From a virus (Duplodnaviria > Caudoviricetes), in IMG/VR virus record IMGVR_UViG_3300046779_001067, positions 1 through 61,108 of that record: a DNA stretch of 61,108 nucleotides; one strand, 5' to 3'. Both the position numbers and the translations under genes were made by a program. Every line of letters begins with the position of its first letter. Within the stretch, counting starts at the first letter, position 1. This document shows, piece after piece, positions 24,208-34,124 of this stretch. The notes below the pieces were generated by a model. It was not told the DNA's origin. It did no database searches and worked only from the letters and a program-made list of their open reading frames with translations.

Positions 24208-26057
24208 TGGCAACTTATTACGTTCGGCAGGACGGAAACGATAGTAATACCGGCTTGGGGTCTACGACTGCGCTTGCGTGGCGTACCATTCAAAAAGCAC
24301 TTGGAGCTACAGGTATTGGTTCTGGTGATACGGTCTACATAGCTCCCGGTCATTATAATGAGACTGTTACAATCGGTGGCACTTATTCCGTCGAAACTCA
24401 GATTATTGGAGACCCAACAGCATCACAGTTTGTAGGTGTAAATGCAGGGTTTGTAAGACACAGTCAATATGCAGCTACCAACAACACAGCATCAAACTTG
24501 ACGCAACTAATTGTTGGAGTCAGTAAGAACTTTTTACATTTCAGGAATATTTATTTTGAAACTGCATCACAAAGTAGTGTTTCTAACTTCACAATTTCTG
24601 GACGTAACAATAAACTCACATCTTGTGTTTTTGTCAATAATCTGCTAAATGTAGCTCTTGCCGTAGATATAACTTTGTCCGCCGTTGCTGGTCAAAATCT
24701 GAACGCACAAATTAATAATTGTATTTTTTATGGAATGCGGTATTTTTCATTAGATGGAACAACTGCCTCTGGTGATGCTTCGTCAATAACAAATTCAGCA
24801 TTTATAAACTTGAGGAGTGAAGCTATTGCCTTGTCAGTAGTTACCTGTAGTGTTTATAACTGTTTGGTTTTAGGCGGTACAACTGGATTACGAAATTATG
24901 CTGGAACTACAACAACAATGCGTAATTGCATTATTAGCAACTGTACGACAGGTATAAGTAATCAAGGCACTCTTAACGGAGACAACAATCGGATCATAGG
25001 TAACTCAACAACAGTATCAAACACAGGCACGTATACTGCTGGTAGTAACTCAGTCACAGCTGGAACAATGGGATTAGAGTTTGGTTACTCACTCCTGCAC
25101 AATTTAATCAATCAGGTTATATTTGGAAGCATTCCAAACAGTGCAAATGCATCTTTTGGTACAACAAGTGGTGCGCCTACAACCGATATGTTCGGTGTAG
25201 CGTGGTCTGGTACTTCACCTGATGCCGGAGCAATCACTAACAGAAGTATTGGCGCAGTTGGTCAATACCTCCCAACCGAGCGCAACGCCAGCACCATCAC
25301 AATCGCTCCCGGCTCCACATCCCAAAGCATAGAGCTCTATCTAGGTGCTACAGGTCTAACAGCCTCCACAAGCGGTCTAACAGCCCGCTACAACCGCACA
25401 AGGACTGCTAGTGTATCCATCCCTCTAGTAGCCCGTACAATCGCTCAGGCGTGGACCTCTGGTGGCTTTGCTGAGGTTGACGCAACCAATATGCCGGGAG
25501 TCTACAGGCTCGACGTACCTGATGCTGCGCTTGCGGCTGGTGCTGACGATGTCACTGTAGTTGTACGTGGTGCGTCTGGTACTAACGGTGCGGTCATGAC
25601 GGTCAAACTGTCCTCTGGTGGCTTGACGGAAGCACAGACGGCATCTGCTGTCTGGGGTGCTGACCCATCACCATATAACGACGCTACAACACTTGGTGGT
25701 GTACTAAACGAGACACGCTCAGTTGTAGGCTCTACTGAAACTACAGTACAGGCTATACCACAAGCTGTATGGGATGAACCTAAGTCAGGTCACGCAACGC
25801 CTGGTACGTTTGGTGCTAAGCTGCAGGATAATGTACTGGCAGATGAACTTCTTTCTAGAGATGTAGGAAGTGGTTCAGGTGCAGGAACAGTAAATGAGCG
25901 GACTGTAAGGTCTGCTCTAAGAGGTTTGCGTAATAAGACTACAGTCATCAATAATGAGATGACTGTATACAAAGAAGACGATACGACTACTGCGTGGTCT
26001 GCTACAGTAAGTAGTAGTGATAGCAGTAAGACGATTACTGGCGTTGACCCTACGTAG
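24207..26057 (+). CDS. Tailspike/receptor-binding protein (right-handed beta-helix plus C-terminal structural domain)
   Basis: ATYYV..DGNDSNTG, GDTVYIAPGHY and Asn/Cys ladder repeats. Confidence 0.75.
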   Translation: MATYYVRQDGNDSNTGLGSTTALAWRTIQKALGATGIGSGDTVYIAPGHYNETVTIGGTYSVETQIIGDPTASQFVGVNAGFVRHSQYAATNNTASNLTQLIVGVSKNFLHFRNIYFETASQSSVSNFTISGRNNKLTSCVFVNNLLNVALAVDITLSAVAGQNLNAQINNCIFYGMRYFSLDGTTASGDASSITNSAFINLRSEAIALSVVTCSVYNCLVLGGTTGLRNYAGTTTTMRNCIISNCTTGISNQGTLNGDNNRIIGNSTTVSNTGTYTAGSNSVTAGTMGLEFGYSLLHNLINQVIFGSIPNSANASFGTTSGAPTTDMFGVAWSGTSPDAGAITNRSIGAVGQYLPTERNASTITIAPGSTSQSIELYLGATGLTASTSGLTARYNRTRTASVSIPLVARTIAQAWTSGGFAEVDATNMPGVYRLDVPDAALAAGADDVTVVVRGASGTNGAVMTVKLSSGGLTEAQTASAVWGADPSPYNDATTLGGVLNETRSVVGSTETTVQAIPQAVWDEPKSGHATPGTFGAKLQDNVLADELLSRDVGSGSGAGTVNERTVRSALRGLRNKTTVINNEMTVYKEDDTTTAWSATVSSSDSSKTITGVDPT

Positions 26058-26066
26058 AGGTATTTG

Positions 26067-26294
26067 ATGAATCTTCAGAACTTTCGTATTGAAAAAGAAT
26101 CTGCGCCTTCTACTGACTGGAAGGTTTACGGAGATATTTTTGATGAATCTGGAACGCAAATAGGTACGTTTGGACCTGATGGTACTAGCGTTAATGTTTG
26201 GTGGGTTTCACAAGATGCAGATTTTCAGTTTAGTATTGTTAGTCAGTTTGCTGTGATTATGGCTCAACAGATAACGCAAGGAACTGCTGAGTAA
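26067..26294 (+). CDS. Small tailspike-associated protein, copy 2
   Basis: Paralogue of 23980..24207. Confidence 0.8.
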   Translation: MNLQNFRIEKESAPSTDWKVYGDIFDESGTQIGTFGPDGTSVNVWWVSQDADFQFSIVSQFAVIMAQQITQGTAE

Positions 26295-27439
26295 TGGCAA
26301 CTTACTATGTAGCTACTTATGGGTCAAACTCCAATAATGGCACAAGTGCATCAACGCCTTGGAAGGATATATCTTTTGCAATTGGTGCTGCTTCTGGCAC
26401 GAATCCCGGTTTGTCTGCTGGTGATACCGTTTGGGTTGCACCTGGCACTTATAGAGAATCTTTAAATGCAGCTTTACAGTATCTCGGTGGTAGTGGTTCC
26501 GTCGGTAGCCCAATTACAATTAAAGGTGACCCGCTAGCTACTCAATCTTGGACTGCAACAACAGCAGGTGTTGTTCGGTGGACTGCTTTTCCTACTGACA
26601 CAACTAATCCAACAACTGGTTGGGCTTTACTTACAGCAACAAGCAAAAACTATATTAATTGGGAATCTTTATATTTTGACCCTTGGACAAGTGGTTACGC
26701 AATTAACCTGACGACCTGTCGTGGCTGGTCATTTACCAAATGTGTTTTTTCAAGTGTTCAACTGAACGCACAAATATTCAGAATGAACAATACTGCTGGC
26801 ACTCCTTTTGATTTCACATTAGACCGCTGTGTACTTTTAGGTGGTCAATGTCTAGTACCTGTTTATGAACGTCATACAAGTACTTACGATGTAAATATAA
26901 ATATTAAAGATTGTATATTTTTAGGATGCCCTAGTACTGGTCAAGCTATTGTATTCACAGCATCTGGCACTGGTTCAGATGGCAATGGAATAAAAATATA
27001 TAATAGTCATTTTCAAGGTTTTGACAGTCAGACAATTTATATTTCAAGTACAAACACTACTCACAACAGTATTGTAAAAAACTGTGTATTGATTCGTGGG
27101 AATATCTTTGGTGGAACTACTGGTGCTGTTGTACAAACGTACAATAGGCTTATAAATGTTACGCTTCAAAATACAGCAACATCAGCCACTACTGTTACAG
27201 CTGGTAGTCCGGGATTATCACTTGGTTATGAGCGCATAAATGGTTTGACAGGTAATGATATTTTTGCTCCATACCCAAACAGTCCAAATATTGGATTTGG
27301 TAACAGTACTGGTGCGCCTACTATCGACCTATACAGTGCAACGTGGGCAGGTAATCCAGATGCTGGTGCAGTGCAGAAGCTTGCAGCTAGCGGTGGACTG
27401 CTAACGCATCCCGGCATGACAGGAGGCATTCGTGGCTAA
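26294..27439 (+). CDS. Second beta-helix tailspike-like protein
   Basis: ATYYV..GSNSNNGT, GDTVWVAPGTY; paralogous to the N-terminal part of 24207..26057. Confidence 0.75.
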   Translation: MATYYVATYGSNSNNGTSASTPWKDISFAIGAASGTNPGLSAGDTVWVAPGTYRESLNAALQYLGGSGSVGSPITIKGDPLATQSWTATTAGVVRWTAFPTDTTNPTTGWALLTATSKNYINWESLYFDPWTSGYAINLTTCRGWSFTKCVFSSVQLNAQIFRMNNTAGTPFDFTLDRCVLLGGQCLVPVYERHTSTYDVNINIKDCIFLGCPSTGQAIVFTASGTGSDGNGIKIYNSHFQGFDSQTIYISSTNTTHNSIVKNCVLIRGNIFGGTTGAVVQTYNRLINVTLQNTATSATTVTAGSPGLSLGYERINGLTGNDIFAPYPNSPNIGFGNSTGAPTIDLYSATWAGNPDAGAVQKLAASGGLLTHPGMTGGIRG

Positions 27440-28388
27440 GTTATTCGTACAGGCGCAAGCCACATCAAACCGCTCTGAGTACGTTTTTGTACAGGACAGT
27501 ACAAGTACAACAGGTGGCGGTAAGACAGGAATTGCCTACAACGCTGCTGGCTTGACTGCTTACTATGTGAGACCTCCAGTTGGTGGAACGGGTGGTACCG
27601 CAGTTTCAATTACGTTAGCGACTCAAACAGTATCAGGTTCTTGGTCATCTGGTGGATGGGTTGAGGTAGACGCAACAAACCTGCCTGGCATCTATCGGTT
27701 TGATATCCCTAACGCAGTATTTGCAACAGGTGTAGACCACGCTGTCGTAATGCTTAAAGGTGCATCTGGTATGGCTCCTGTATCGCTTGAATACCAACTC
27801 GTAGGTTTTGACCCTTCAACTTCGTGGCTTACATCAGCACAAACAGCACAAGCTGTTCTTGATGCAGTCGCATCAACACACAATAATATTGGTTCTATTG
27901 GTGCATTCATCCAAGATAAGTCTGGATACTCACTATCTACGTCTCAGTCGTTCAATACTACAGGTTCTGTAGGAAGCGTTGCTGGTAACGTAACAGGTAA
28001 CGTAGTGGGGACAGTAGGTGGTGTTGCTGGAAACATTACTGGTAACCTTGCTGGCTCAGTAGGTACAGTCGCTAACCCTGACAACATTATTGATGCGGTA
28101 TGGGATGAGCAACGTACTGGTCATACAGCGTCAGGTTCGTTTGGTGAAAAACTACAGACGAATGCGCTTGCAGATGAGATGCTTGCAAGAGACCTTGGTA
28201 GTGGTTTGAATGCTGGTACTGCTGAGGAGCGTACTGTACGTTCTGCTCTACGTGCGTTGCGTAATAAGGTCAACGTAGGTAGTTCTCAGATGGTTGTAAA
28301 GAAGGAAGATGACTCTACAGATGCGTGGACTGCCACAGTCACGACTACTGCGGTATCATCCAACGTAAGTGGAATAGACCCTAATTAA
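27432..28388 (+). CDS. Virion structural protein paralogous to the C-terminal half of 24207..26057
   Basis: Shared WxSGGxxEVDATNxPGxYRxDxP and ERTVRSALRxLRNK segments. Confidence 0.8.
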   Translation: MAKLFVQAQATSNRSEYVFVQDSTSTTGGGKTGIAYNAAGLTAYYVRPPVGGTGGTAVSITLATQTVSGSWSSGGWVEVDATNLPGIYRFDIPNAVFATGVDHAVVMLKGASGMAPVSLEYQLVGFDPSTSWLTSAQTAQAVLDAVASTHNNIGSIGAFIQDKSGYSLSTSQSFNTTGSVGSVAGNVTGNVVGTVGGVAGNITGNLAGSVGTVANPDNIIDAVWDEQRTGHTASGSFGEKLQTNALADEMLARDLGSGLNAGTAEERTVRSALRALRNKVNVGSSQMVVKKEDDSTDAWTATVTTTAVSSNVSGIDPN

Positions 28389-28398
28389 GGAATAAGAG

Positions 28399-28788
28399 AT
28401 GCCTACTACTACTGCTATGACGAACACTCTTGAGAGTGCGTTATTGAATCTTATATTGAATGGAACATCCTATACGGCTGGTCAGGTTACCTTTGTCGGC
28501 ATCTTGAGTGCAGCTGGTACAGATTCGTCTCAGACTGAGATGAGTGGTAGTTCACGCCAGGCTATTGCATTCGGGAGTTCATCTGGTGGAAGTGCTGTCA
28601 CTAATACAGGTGCTATTACATTCACTAACTCAGGTTGGGGTAGCACTACTGTTTATGGTGTGGGTTTTTACACTGCTTCTTCATCTGGTACTTGTTTGCT
28701 TTACGGTAATTTTGATAGTGCTGTCACTGTAGCTTCAGGTCAATCTCTACAGTTCAACATTGCTGGCATTACCATATCTATGGATTAA
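28399..28788 (+). CDS. Small tail-fibre-type structural protein
   Basis: LESALLN...RQAIAF...TNTGAITF...GTCLLYG pattern typical of phage tail proteins. Confidence 0.65.
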   Translation: MPTTTAMTNTLESALLNLILNGTSYTAGQVTFVGILSAAGTDSSQTEMSGSSRQAIAFGSSSGGSAVTNTGAITFTNSGWGSTTVYGVGFYTASSSGTCLLYGNFDSAVTVASGQSLQFNIAGITISMD

Positions 28789-28791
28789 TAG

Positions 28792-29538
28792 ATGCCTACA
28801 GAAGAAGAAGGTGGTGGACTACCGCCAGTACCTGTACCAGTAGTAATTACTGACTTTGGTCAAGGTGGTGGTGGCGATGCAGTCATTACGATTGAACCTC
28901 CAATCATTGTCCCGCCTTCTGCCTTTAGCCTATCTGCTCAAGCCACTGTAACCCTACCTATCTTCGCTACGATATCTCAGTCTGGTCGAGCGAGTGTATC
29001 AACCACTCCAGCACAGGTAAGGACGATATCGCTTAGTACAACGACGACTACTACGACGCAGGTTAGATTTGTACAGTCACTAACCTTGAGAGGTAATATT
29101 GGTGTAACAAGTACACCAGTAATTAATTTTGCATTAGCGTTGAATGGTCAGGCTGGCGTTACTACTGACCCTATTGTTGGTGGAATCGTTGATGCAAGTA
29201 TCTCGTTATCAGCGAGTGCAAGTGTTGACCTAGACATAGGCTACACTGTTTGTGAATGCCCTGATTATGTGTTTGACCCAGTAGATGATTTACCTGCTGG
29301 TTCATTTCGTAGTGGTGTATTCATACCTATATTTAGGTTGGCTGCTGGTAGCGTATTTGTACCGGCTACAACTGAGCAGACGTGGATACGGCGTGGTGAT
29401 AATGGTTGCCATACGTATGGTCCTGTAGGTTTTCAATTTCCTCTGGGTCCATTAATGTTGCGATATGCGAATGGTGTGTCTGGCACTAAGCATGATGGCA
29501 GTAAGGCTAATAGCTGGAAACGTAGAGGGTGTGATTGA
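28792..29538 (+). CDS. Structural protein (beta-rich)
   Basis: ORF within the tail cluster. Confidence 0.6.
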   Translation: MPTEEEGGGLPPVPVPVVITDFGQGGGGDAVITIEPPIIVPPSAFSLSAQATVTLPIFATISQSGRASVSTTPAQVRTISLSTTTTTTTQVRFVQSLTLRGNIGVTSTPVINFALALNGQAGVTTDPIVGGIVDASISLSASASVDLDIGYTVCECPDYVFDPVDDLPAGSFRSGVFIPIFRLAAGSVFVPATTEQTWIRRGDNGCHTYGPVGFQFPLGPLMLRYANGVSGTKHDGSKANSWKRRGCD

Positions 29539-32500
29539 TGGCAGATACAACACGTATGGTTACTGACTCAGCCCAGCCGTTTATCGTTGGTGACAAGATA
29601 TGGCGTGGTGTTGATACCTATAACGACCCAAACAAACTTGAGACTGGCTACGCTGAAACCATAAGTAACCTACAACTTGATGGTGGCTCCCTTGTACTGC
29701 GTAATGGATGGCAGGGGTTACTACAGCCAACTGAGTTGAATGGTGCTGGTAGTGACGCTAACGGCGTTTACGAGATGGTTCCTATCAAGAACTCTGCTGG
29801 TGTTACAAGTAACTTTGTATATACATCTGCTGGTGATGTTCGCCTATTCAATACTACTACTAATACGTATACGAACCTGACGACGAATAGTGCGTTCGAT
29901 ACTTTGTATAGCCCTAATGTGCGTATGGTGGCTTACGGCAAGTATGTGTATGGTGTTCCAGGACGTAAGTCAGATGGTACTGAATCACCTATTGGTCTGT
30001 TCCGTACTGATGGCTCAACCATCGAGATAGTCCCTACTATCACTGGATTCCCTAACCTCAAGCCGTCTGCTAGGGCATATGCGTTTGTTGAGTATGGTGT
30101 CCCTGCTACTAACAAGAGTACTTTTATTGATAGTGCTGTTGGTCCAATCCTTAGAGCGGGTGGAACAACAACGCTTATCTCTGACTGGAACTTTACTGCT
30201 GGTAGTACAGGTGCTATGCCTACTTCAGGTGCAGCTTGGTTGAAGTATTCGGGTGACCCACAACGTAAGGCTATTCCTCTTACTGTTGCTGCTGGTAATT
30301 TCCCATCTGGTGTAACTGCTGAGATTGTTTCCCCTCTAGGTCAGGGTGCAACTCGTATGATTGAGATTGCTGGTACGGATGATGGTATCTACCAGAATAT
30401 TCCATATACGAGTACTGCGGTTACTTTCACTAACGGTAGTGCAGATATTGGTGGTACTTTCAATCCTGTACCTGCTGTTGGAACACCAGTGCAGTTTTCT
30501 ACAGCCGGTACGTTGCCGACAAACTTTGCTATCAATACAACGTACTTTGTTATAGGTACTCCATCATCTACGATTATTCAAGTATCGACTACGGTTGGTG
30601 GGACGGCTGTAAGTGCTGGTAGTGCAGGTAGTGGTACTCATTCGTTGCAGTACATCAACGAGCCAGATGAGCAGTTAAACTTCACTAACCAAAATGATAG
30701 TTCAACGGCTATCAGTTGTTCGGTTGCGTCTTCAACTATAGTAACGAGTGCAAGTCATAACCTCAAGGTTGGTCAGAAGGTACTCTTTATGGGTACTGTT
30801 GGCATCCCTGCTAATACTCCTGCGTGGGTATTGACTGTGCCTTCATCTAATACCTTTACTGTATCTATTGTGTCTCAGGGTGGTGCTACCTATACATTTA
30901 CGGATACTGGAATCAATAGTTACCATACGATTCAAGGTGCTGGTCTGTACCTAGTTAGTCTATGGGCTATCAACGTAGACACTCAGAATAGTGTTACGGG
31001 TCAATCCATAAAAGTAGCATTACAAGCTTACAAGAATGGTGTTGCTATTCAGGGTGCATATGCATCTGCTATTGTCGCACCACCTATTGCTAGGTCTGGT
31101 ACTGACTGGATAAAGGCTAATCTCTTATGTGACTTCCGTCCATTTAGAGACCAGATTACATCCTTCCAGATATTGATTCAGAACATCAACGCAAAGGATG
31201 GAAGCCAGAAGGGTATCTATGTAACCAACGTAAACCTACACGCTGTAAGCCCTAGATTGAACTCAGATAGTGCTGATTCAGCTGACCCTATCACTGGGCT
31301 AGTAAAGGTAAAGGTTTACCAGAACAATACTAATGTCGCTGGGTACGCAGGACTCCTCAAAGGTTGTGCTGTCAAGTTCTCTTTTGCCACCGCAAAAGAC
31401 TGGAGTAAGTACGACAGCGTTAGTATGCGTATGCAATTACCTGAGAAGATTCGGGATATTGCACCTAACCTTAGGATAGGTCTACAACAGAGTGGTGCTG
31501 CCATCGAGTGGGGTGGTTACGGCACTATTGACGAGAAGAACGGCTATATGACGTGGAGTGTAAGAGGTTTTACTGACTCCCGTATTAGTGCTGTACGTCA
31601 GATGTATCTCCGTTGTGAGACTGACATTCAAGACCTAGTTGATGGTGAAGACTTTATGTATATCGGAGACATAGTTGTAAATGGCAACTTGTCTGCTGAT
31701 ATCAAGTACACCTATAGATTCTCAAGGTGGTATCCAGAGGATGGTGCATCTGCACCATATATTCCGGGCGTTGGTACTGCTGCTTCAACTGTATATGCCA
31801 AAGGCTTTGAGAGTGAACTATCTGGTGCTAGTGAACAGATAACTGCTACTGAAGCACTTAGTGCTAACCAGATTATGCTGAACCCCGGTAACGAAACACT
31901 TACTGGAACGGGTTACACACACCTCATTATTTACAGGTCAAGTACTGCATTTACTGATGGGTTGTATCGTTGTCTAGGTTCTTTGAAACTAAGTGACAAT
32001 ACTATTAATGGTGTCAACCTTACATTACTTAGTACAACAGGTGGCATTACTCTTATTGATAATGTCGCTGAATCTGCTGTTCTAGATGATGGTCCAAAGG
32101 GTTCGCAGGGTGATGTGTATGAGTCTGGTCAGGATTACTTCCCGACTGGTGCTACTGCTATATCTGTTCACCAGAATCGGTTGTGGGTATCTAAGAACAA
32201 CACGTTGTGGACTTCTTGGCAGTTTGATGCTGACAACGAGTACACAATTAACACAACTCATGTGCCACTTCCTACTGACCCTAAGATTGCAGTCAAGGGT
32301 GCTTCGTTTGATGTCTCATCGAAAGATGACAAAGAGTACATCGTAAATATGTTGTCGTACCACGGCGACATGATGTCCAAGAACAATAGTACAACAGCTG
32401 TACTTCTCGTCTTCCGAGAGAATACCGTTTATCCGGTTACAGGTTTTGACCCAACTAACTATTCAATACAGGCATTCCTGCGTGAGCCTGGTATTGGATT

Positions 32501-33524
32501 GCTTGCACCTAGAGGTCTTGCTAATGTACTTGGTCAGCCTTGGTTCTTGAATACGAATGGGGTTGTCCAGTTCGCTGGTACGCAGGTTATTCCTAAGTCA
32601 GTAGCACTTGATGGGTTGATGTCAATCAACAAGTATAGGGTTCAGATTGATAGCGAGAACTACATTACATCTGAGCAGTACGCTAAGTCGTTCATGACTA
32701 TGCATGACAAGAAGTTGTTCTTGTTTGCACCTAGAGCGTATAAGACTGATGCCGTTGATTATCGAAGTAATGTTCAGGCATATGTGTGGGATACACGTTA
32801 TTCAGGATGGGTTGCATTTAGTGCGCCATCTGTAATGACTGGTGGTGTATCAGTAGATACGACAAATGACAGCAGTATCCTTTATGTTGGTGGATATGAC
32901 GGTCAGATTTATGTGATGAACAAGTTCTATGACAGCCTGTATAGGTATAAGCCTACAAGTGGTTCAGGAACCAGCACTCTGTCATTCTCTGGTACGACAA
33001 ACACTACTGGGCTTGTGGTCAACGACCCAGTCACTATTGTGAAGGCTGGTGGTGGTTTAGCAGTAGACGCAACGATGTATGTAAAGACGGTTACCAATAA
33101 TAGTGTTCAACTGAGTACTGCTGTTGGTGGTCCAGCGTATGCGTTTACTGGTGGAACTGTCCCTGAGTTCTGTTTACTAGGTGAGATTGATTGGGAAGTA
33201 TTCACTAGAGCTTTTGGTCAAGCATACTCTGATGGTATTGCGTATTACTCTAAGAATCGTCCTAGCCAGATAAACTTACACGCTATTGGTGATACGACTG
33301 GTGGGTCAACGGTCAACTGGGTTGTTCAGAATGAGGTTGGCGTACAGACTACAGGTGATTACAAGATAACAGGTAACTCTTCTAGGGCTATACGTGGACT
33401 GAATAGAGATGTAATTGGTGTGAACTTCCAGATTGGATTGTCTGGTACTGAACTAGATTATCCGTTTAGGTTGTATGCAGTACACATCCATATGGTTGAG
33501 AGTGGAATCCAGAGGCATAGATAA
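29538..33524 (+). CDS. Tail nozzle/stabilisation-like protein with inserted domains (1328 aa)
   Basis: WRGVD..D/NLQLDGGSLVLRNG start, beta-propeller-like segments (HQNRLWV, LLVFRENTVY, GIGLLAPRG). Confidence 0.65.
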   Translation: MADTTRMVTDSAQPFIVGDKIWRGVDTYNDPNKLETGYAETISNLQLDGGSLVLRNGWQGLLQPTELNGAGSDANGVYEMVPIKNSAGVTSNFVYTSAGDVRLFNTTTNTYTNLTTNSAFDTLYSPNVRMVAYGKYVYGVPGRKSDGTESPIGLFRTDGSTIEIVPTITGFPNLKPSARAYAFVEYGVPATNKSTFIDSAVGPILRAGGTTTLISDWNFTAGSTGAMPTSGAAWLKYSGDPQRKAIPLTVAAGNFPSGVTAEIVSPLGQGATRMIEIAGTDDGIYQNIPYTSTAVTFTNGSADIGGTFNPVPAVGTPVQFSTAGTLPTNFAINTTYFVIGTPSSTIIQVSTTVGGTAVSAGSAGSGTHSLQYINEPDEQLNFTNQNDSSTAISCSVASSTIVTSASHNLKVGQKVLFMGTVGIPANTPAWVLTVPSSNTFTVSIVSQGGATYTFTDTGINSYHTIQGAGLYLVSLWAINVDTQNSVTGQSIKVALQAYKNGVAIQGAYASAIVAPPIARSGTDWIKANLLCDFRPFRDQITSFQILIQNINAKDGSQKGIYVTNVNLHAVSPRLNSDSADSADPITGLVKVKVYQNNTNVAGYAGLLKGCAVKFSFATAKDWSKYDSVSMRMQLPEKIRDIAPNLRIGLQQSGAAIEWGGYGTIDEKNGYMTWSVRGFTDSRISAVRQMYLRCETDIQDLVDGEDFMYIGDIVVNGNLSADIKYTYRFSRWYPEDGASAPYIPGVGTAASTVYAKGFESELSGASEQITATEALSANQIMLNPGNETLTGTGYTHLIIYRSSTAFTDGLYRCLGSLKLSDNTINGVNLTLLSTTGGITLIDNVAESAVLDDGPKGSQGDVYESGQDYFPTGATAISVHQNRLWVSKNNTLWTSWQFDADNEYTINTTHVPLPTDPKIAVKGASFDVSSKDDKEYIVNMLSYHGDMMSKNNSTTAVLLVFRENTVYPVTGFDPTNYSIQAFLREPGIGLLAPRGLANVLGQPWFLNTNGVVQFAGTQVIPKSVALDGLMSINKYRVQIDSENYITSEQYAKSFMTMHDKKLFLFAPRAYKTDAVDYRSNVQAYVWDTRYSGWVAFSAPSVMTGGVSVDTTNDSSILYVGGYDGQIYVMNKFYDSLYRYKPTSGSGTSTLSFSGTTNTTGLVVNDPVTIVKAGGGLAVDATMYVKTVTNNSVQLSTAVGGPAYAFTGGTVPEFCLLGEIDWEVFTRAFGQAYSDGIAYYSKNRPSQINLHAIGDTTGGSTVNWVVQNEVGVQTTGDYKITGNSSRAIRGLNRDVIGVNFQIGLSGTELDYPFRLYAVHIHMVESGIQRHR

Positions 33525-33982
33525 TGAGTATCCCTACACCTGCACCAGTAGTCCCACCCGGTGACCAAGGCGTACCTCCAGTACAGATACTGCCGGGTTC
33601 TAGCGTTGTTGTTATTGAGGGTGACTTTAGTACATACAACGAACGACCAAAGGCTGTTGCAGCTGAAGTAACGATTACGACTACGACTGCATCAACAATT
33701 ACTTTAGATAATGCACCTTATGTTCTAAGGTGTGATTGTACGAGTAATAATATTGCAGTTACGTTGCCACCTGCAAACTCTTGTATAGGTCGTATTGTTT
33801 GGATTGCTAAGGTTGACTTTGGTTCTAATGAAGTTAGTATTGCAGTCCAGACTGGTGACACGTTATGGAGACCATCTCACTTTACAGTATTGAAGAATAC
33901 GCATACGTGTTGCTCTTTGATTGCTTGTACGGATGGTGTTAGTGGAACTAGTCCTGGATGGCAAGCACTAAGTTTCTCTTAG
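33524..33982 (+). CDS. Tail-associated protein (VTLPPA motif)
   Basis: CDCTSNNIAVTLPPANSCIGR resembles short tail-fibre modules. Confidence 0.55.
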   Translation: MSIPTPAPVVPPGDQGVPPVQILPGSSVVVIEGDFSTYNERPKAVAAEVTITTTTASTITLDNAPYVLRCDCTSNNIAVTLPPANSCIGRIVWIAKVDFGSNEVSIAVQTGDTLWRPSHFTVLKNTHTCCSLIACTDGVSGTSPGWQALSFS

Positions 33983-33992
33983 GTATAGATGT

Positions 33993-34124
33993 ATGTATGA
34001 AGAGTTTGAAGATGTGGTCAAAGAGTTATCAGTAGATGACCTAATGCGCCTTATATGTATAATGCAGGAAGAGATTGAACGAAGGATTCGCACAACCAAA
34101 GAAGCGAATGACGGTACAAATTAA
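33993..34124 (+). CDS. Small helical protein (43 aa; below ORF-track cut-off)
   Basis: MYEEFEDVVKELSVDDLMRL...; TAATG overlap with the next gene. Confidence 0.55.
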   Translation: MYEEFEDVVKELSVDDLMRLICIMQEEIERRIRTTKEANDGTN

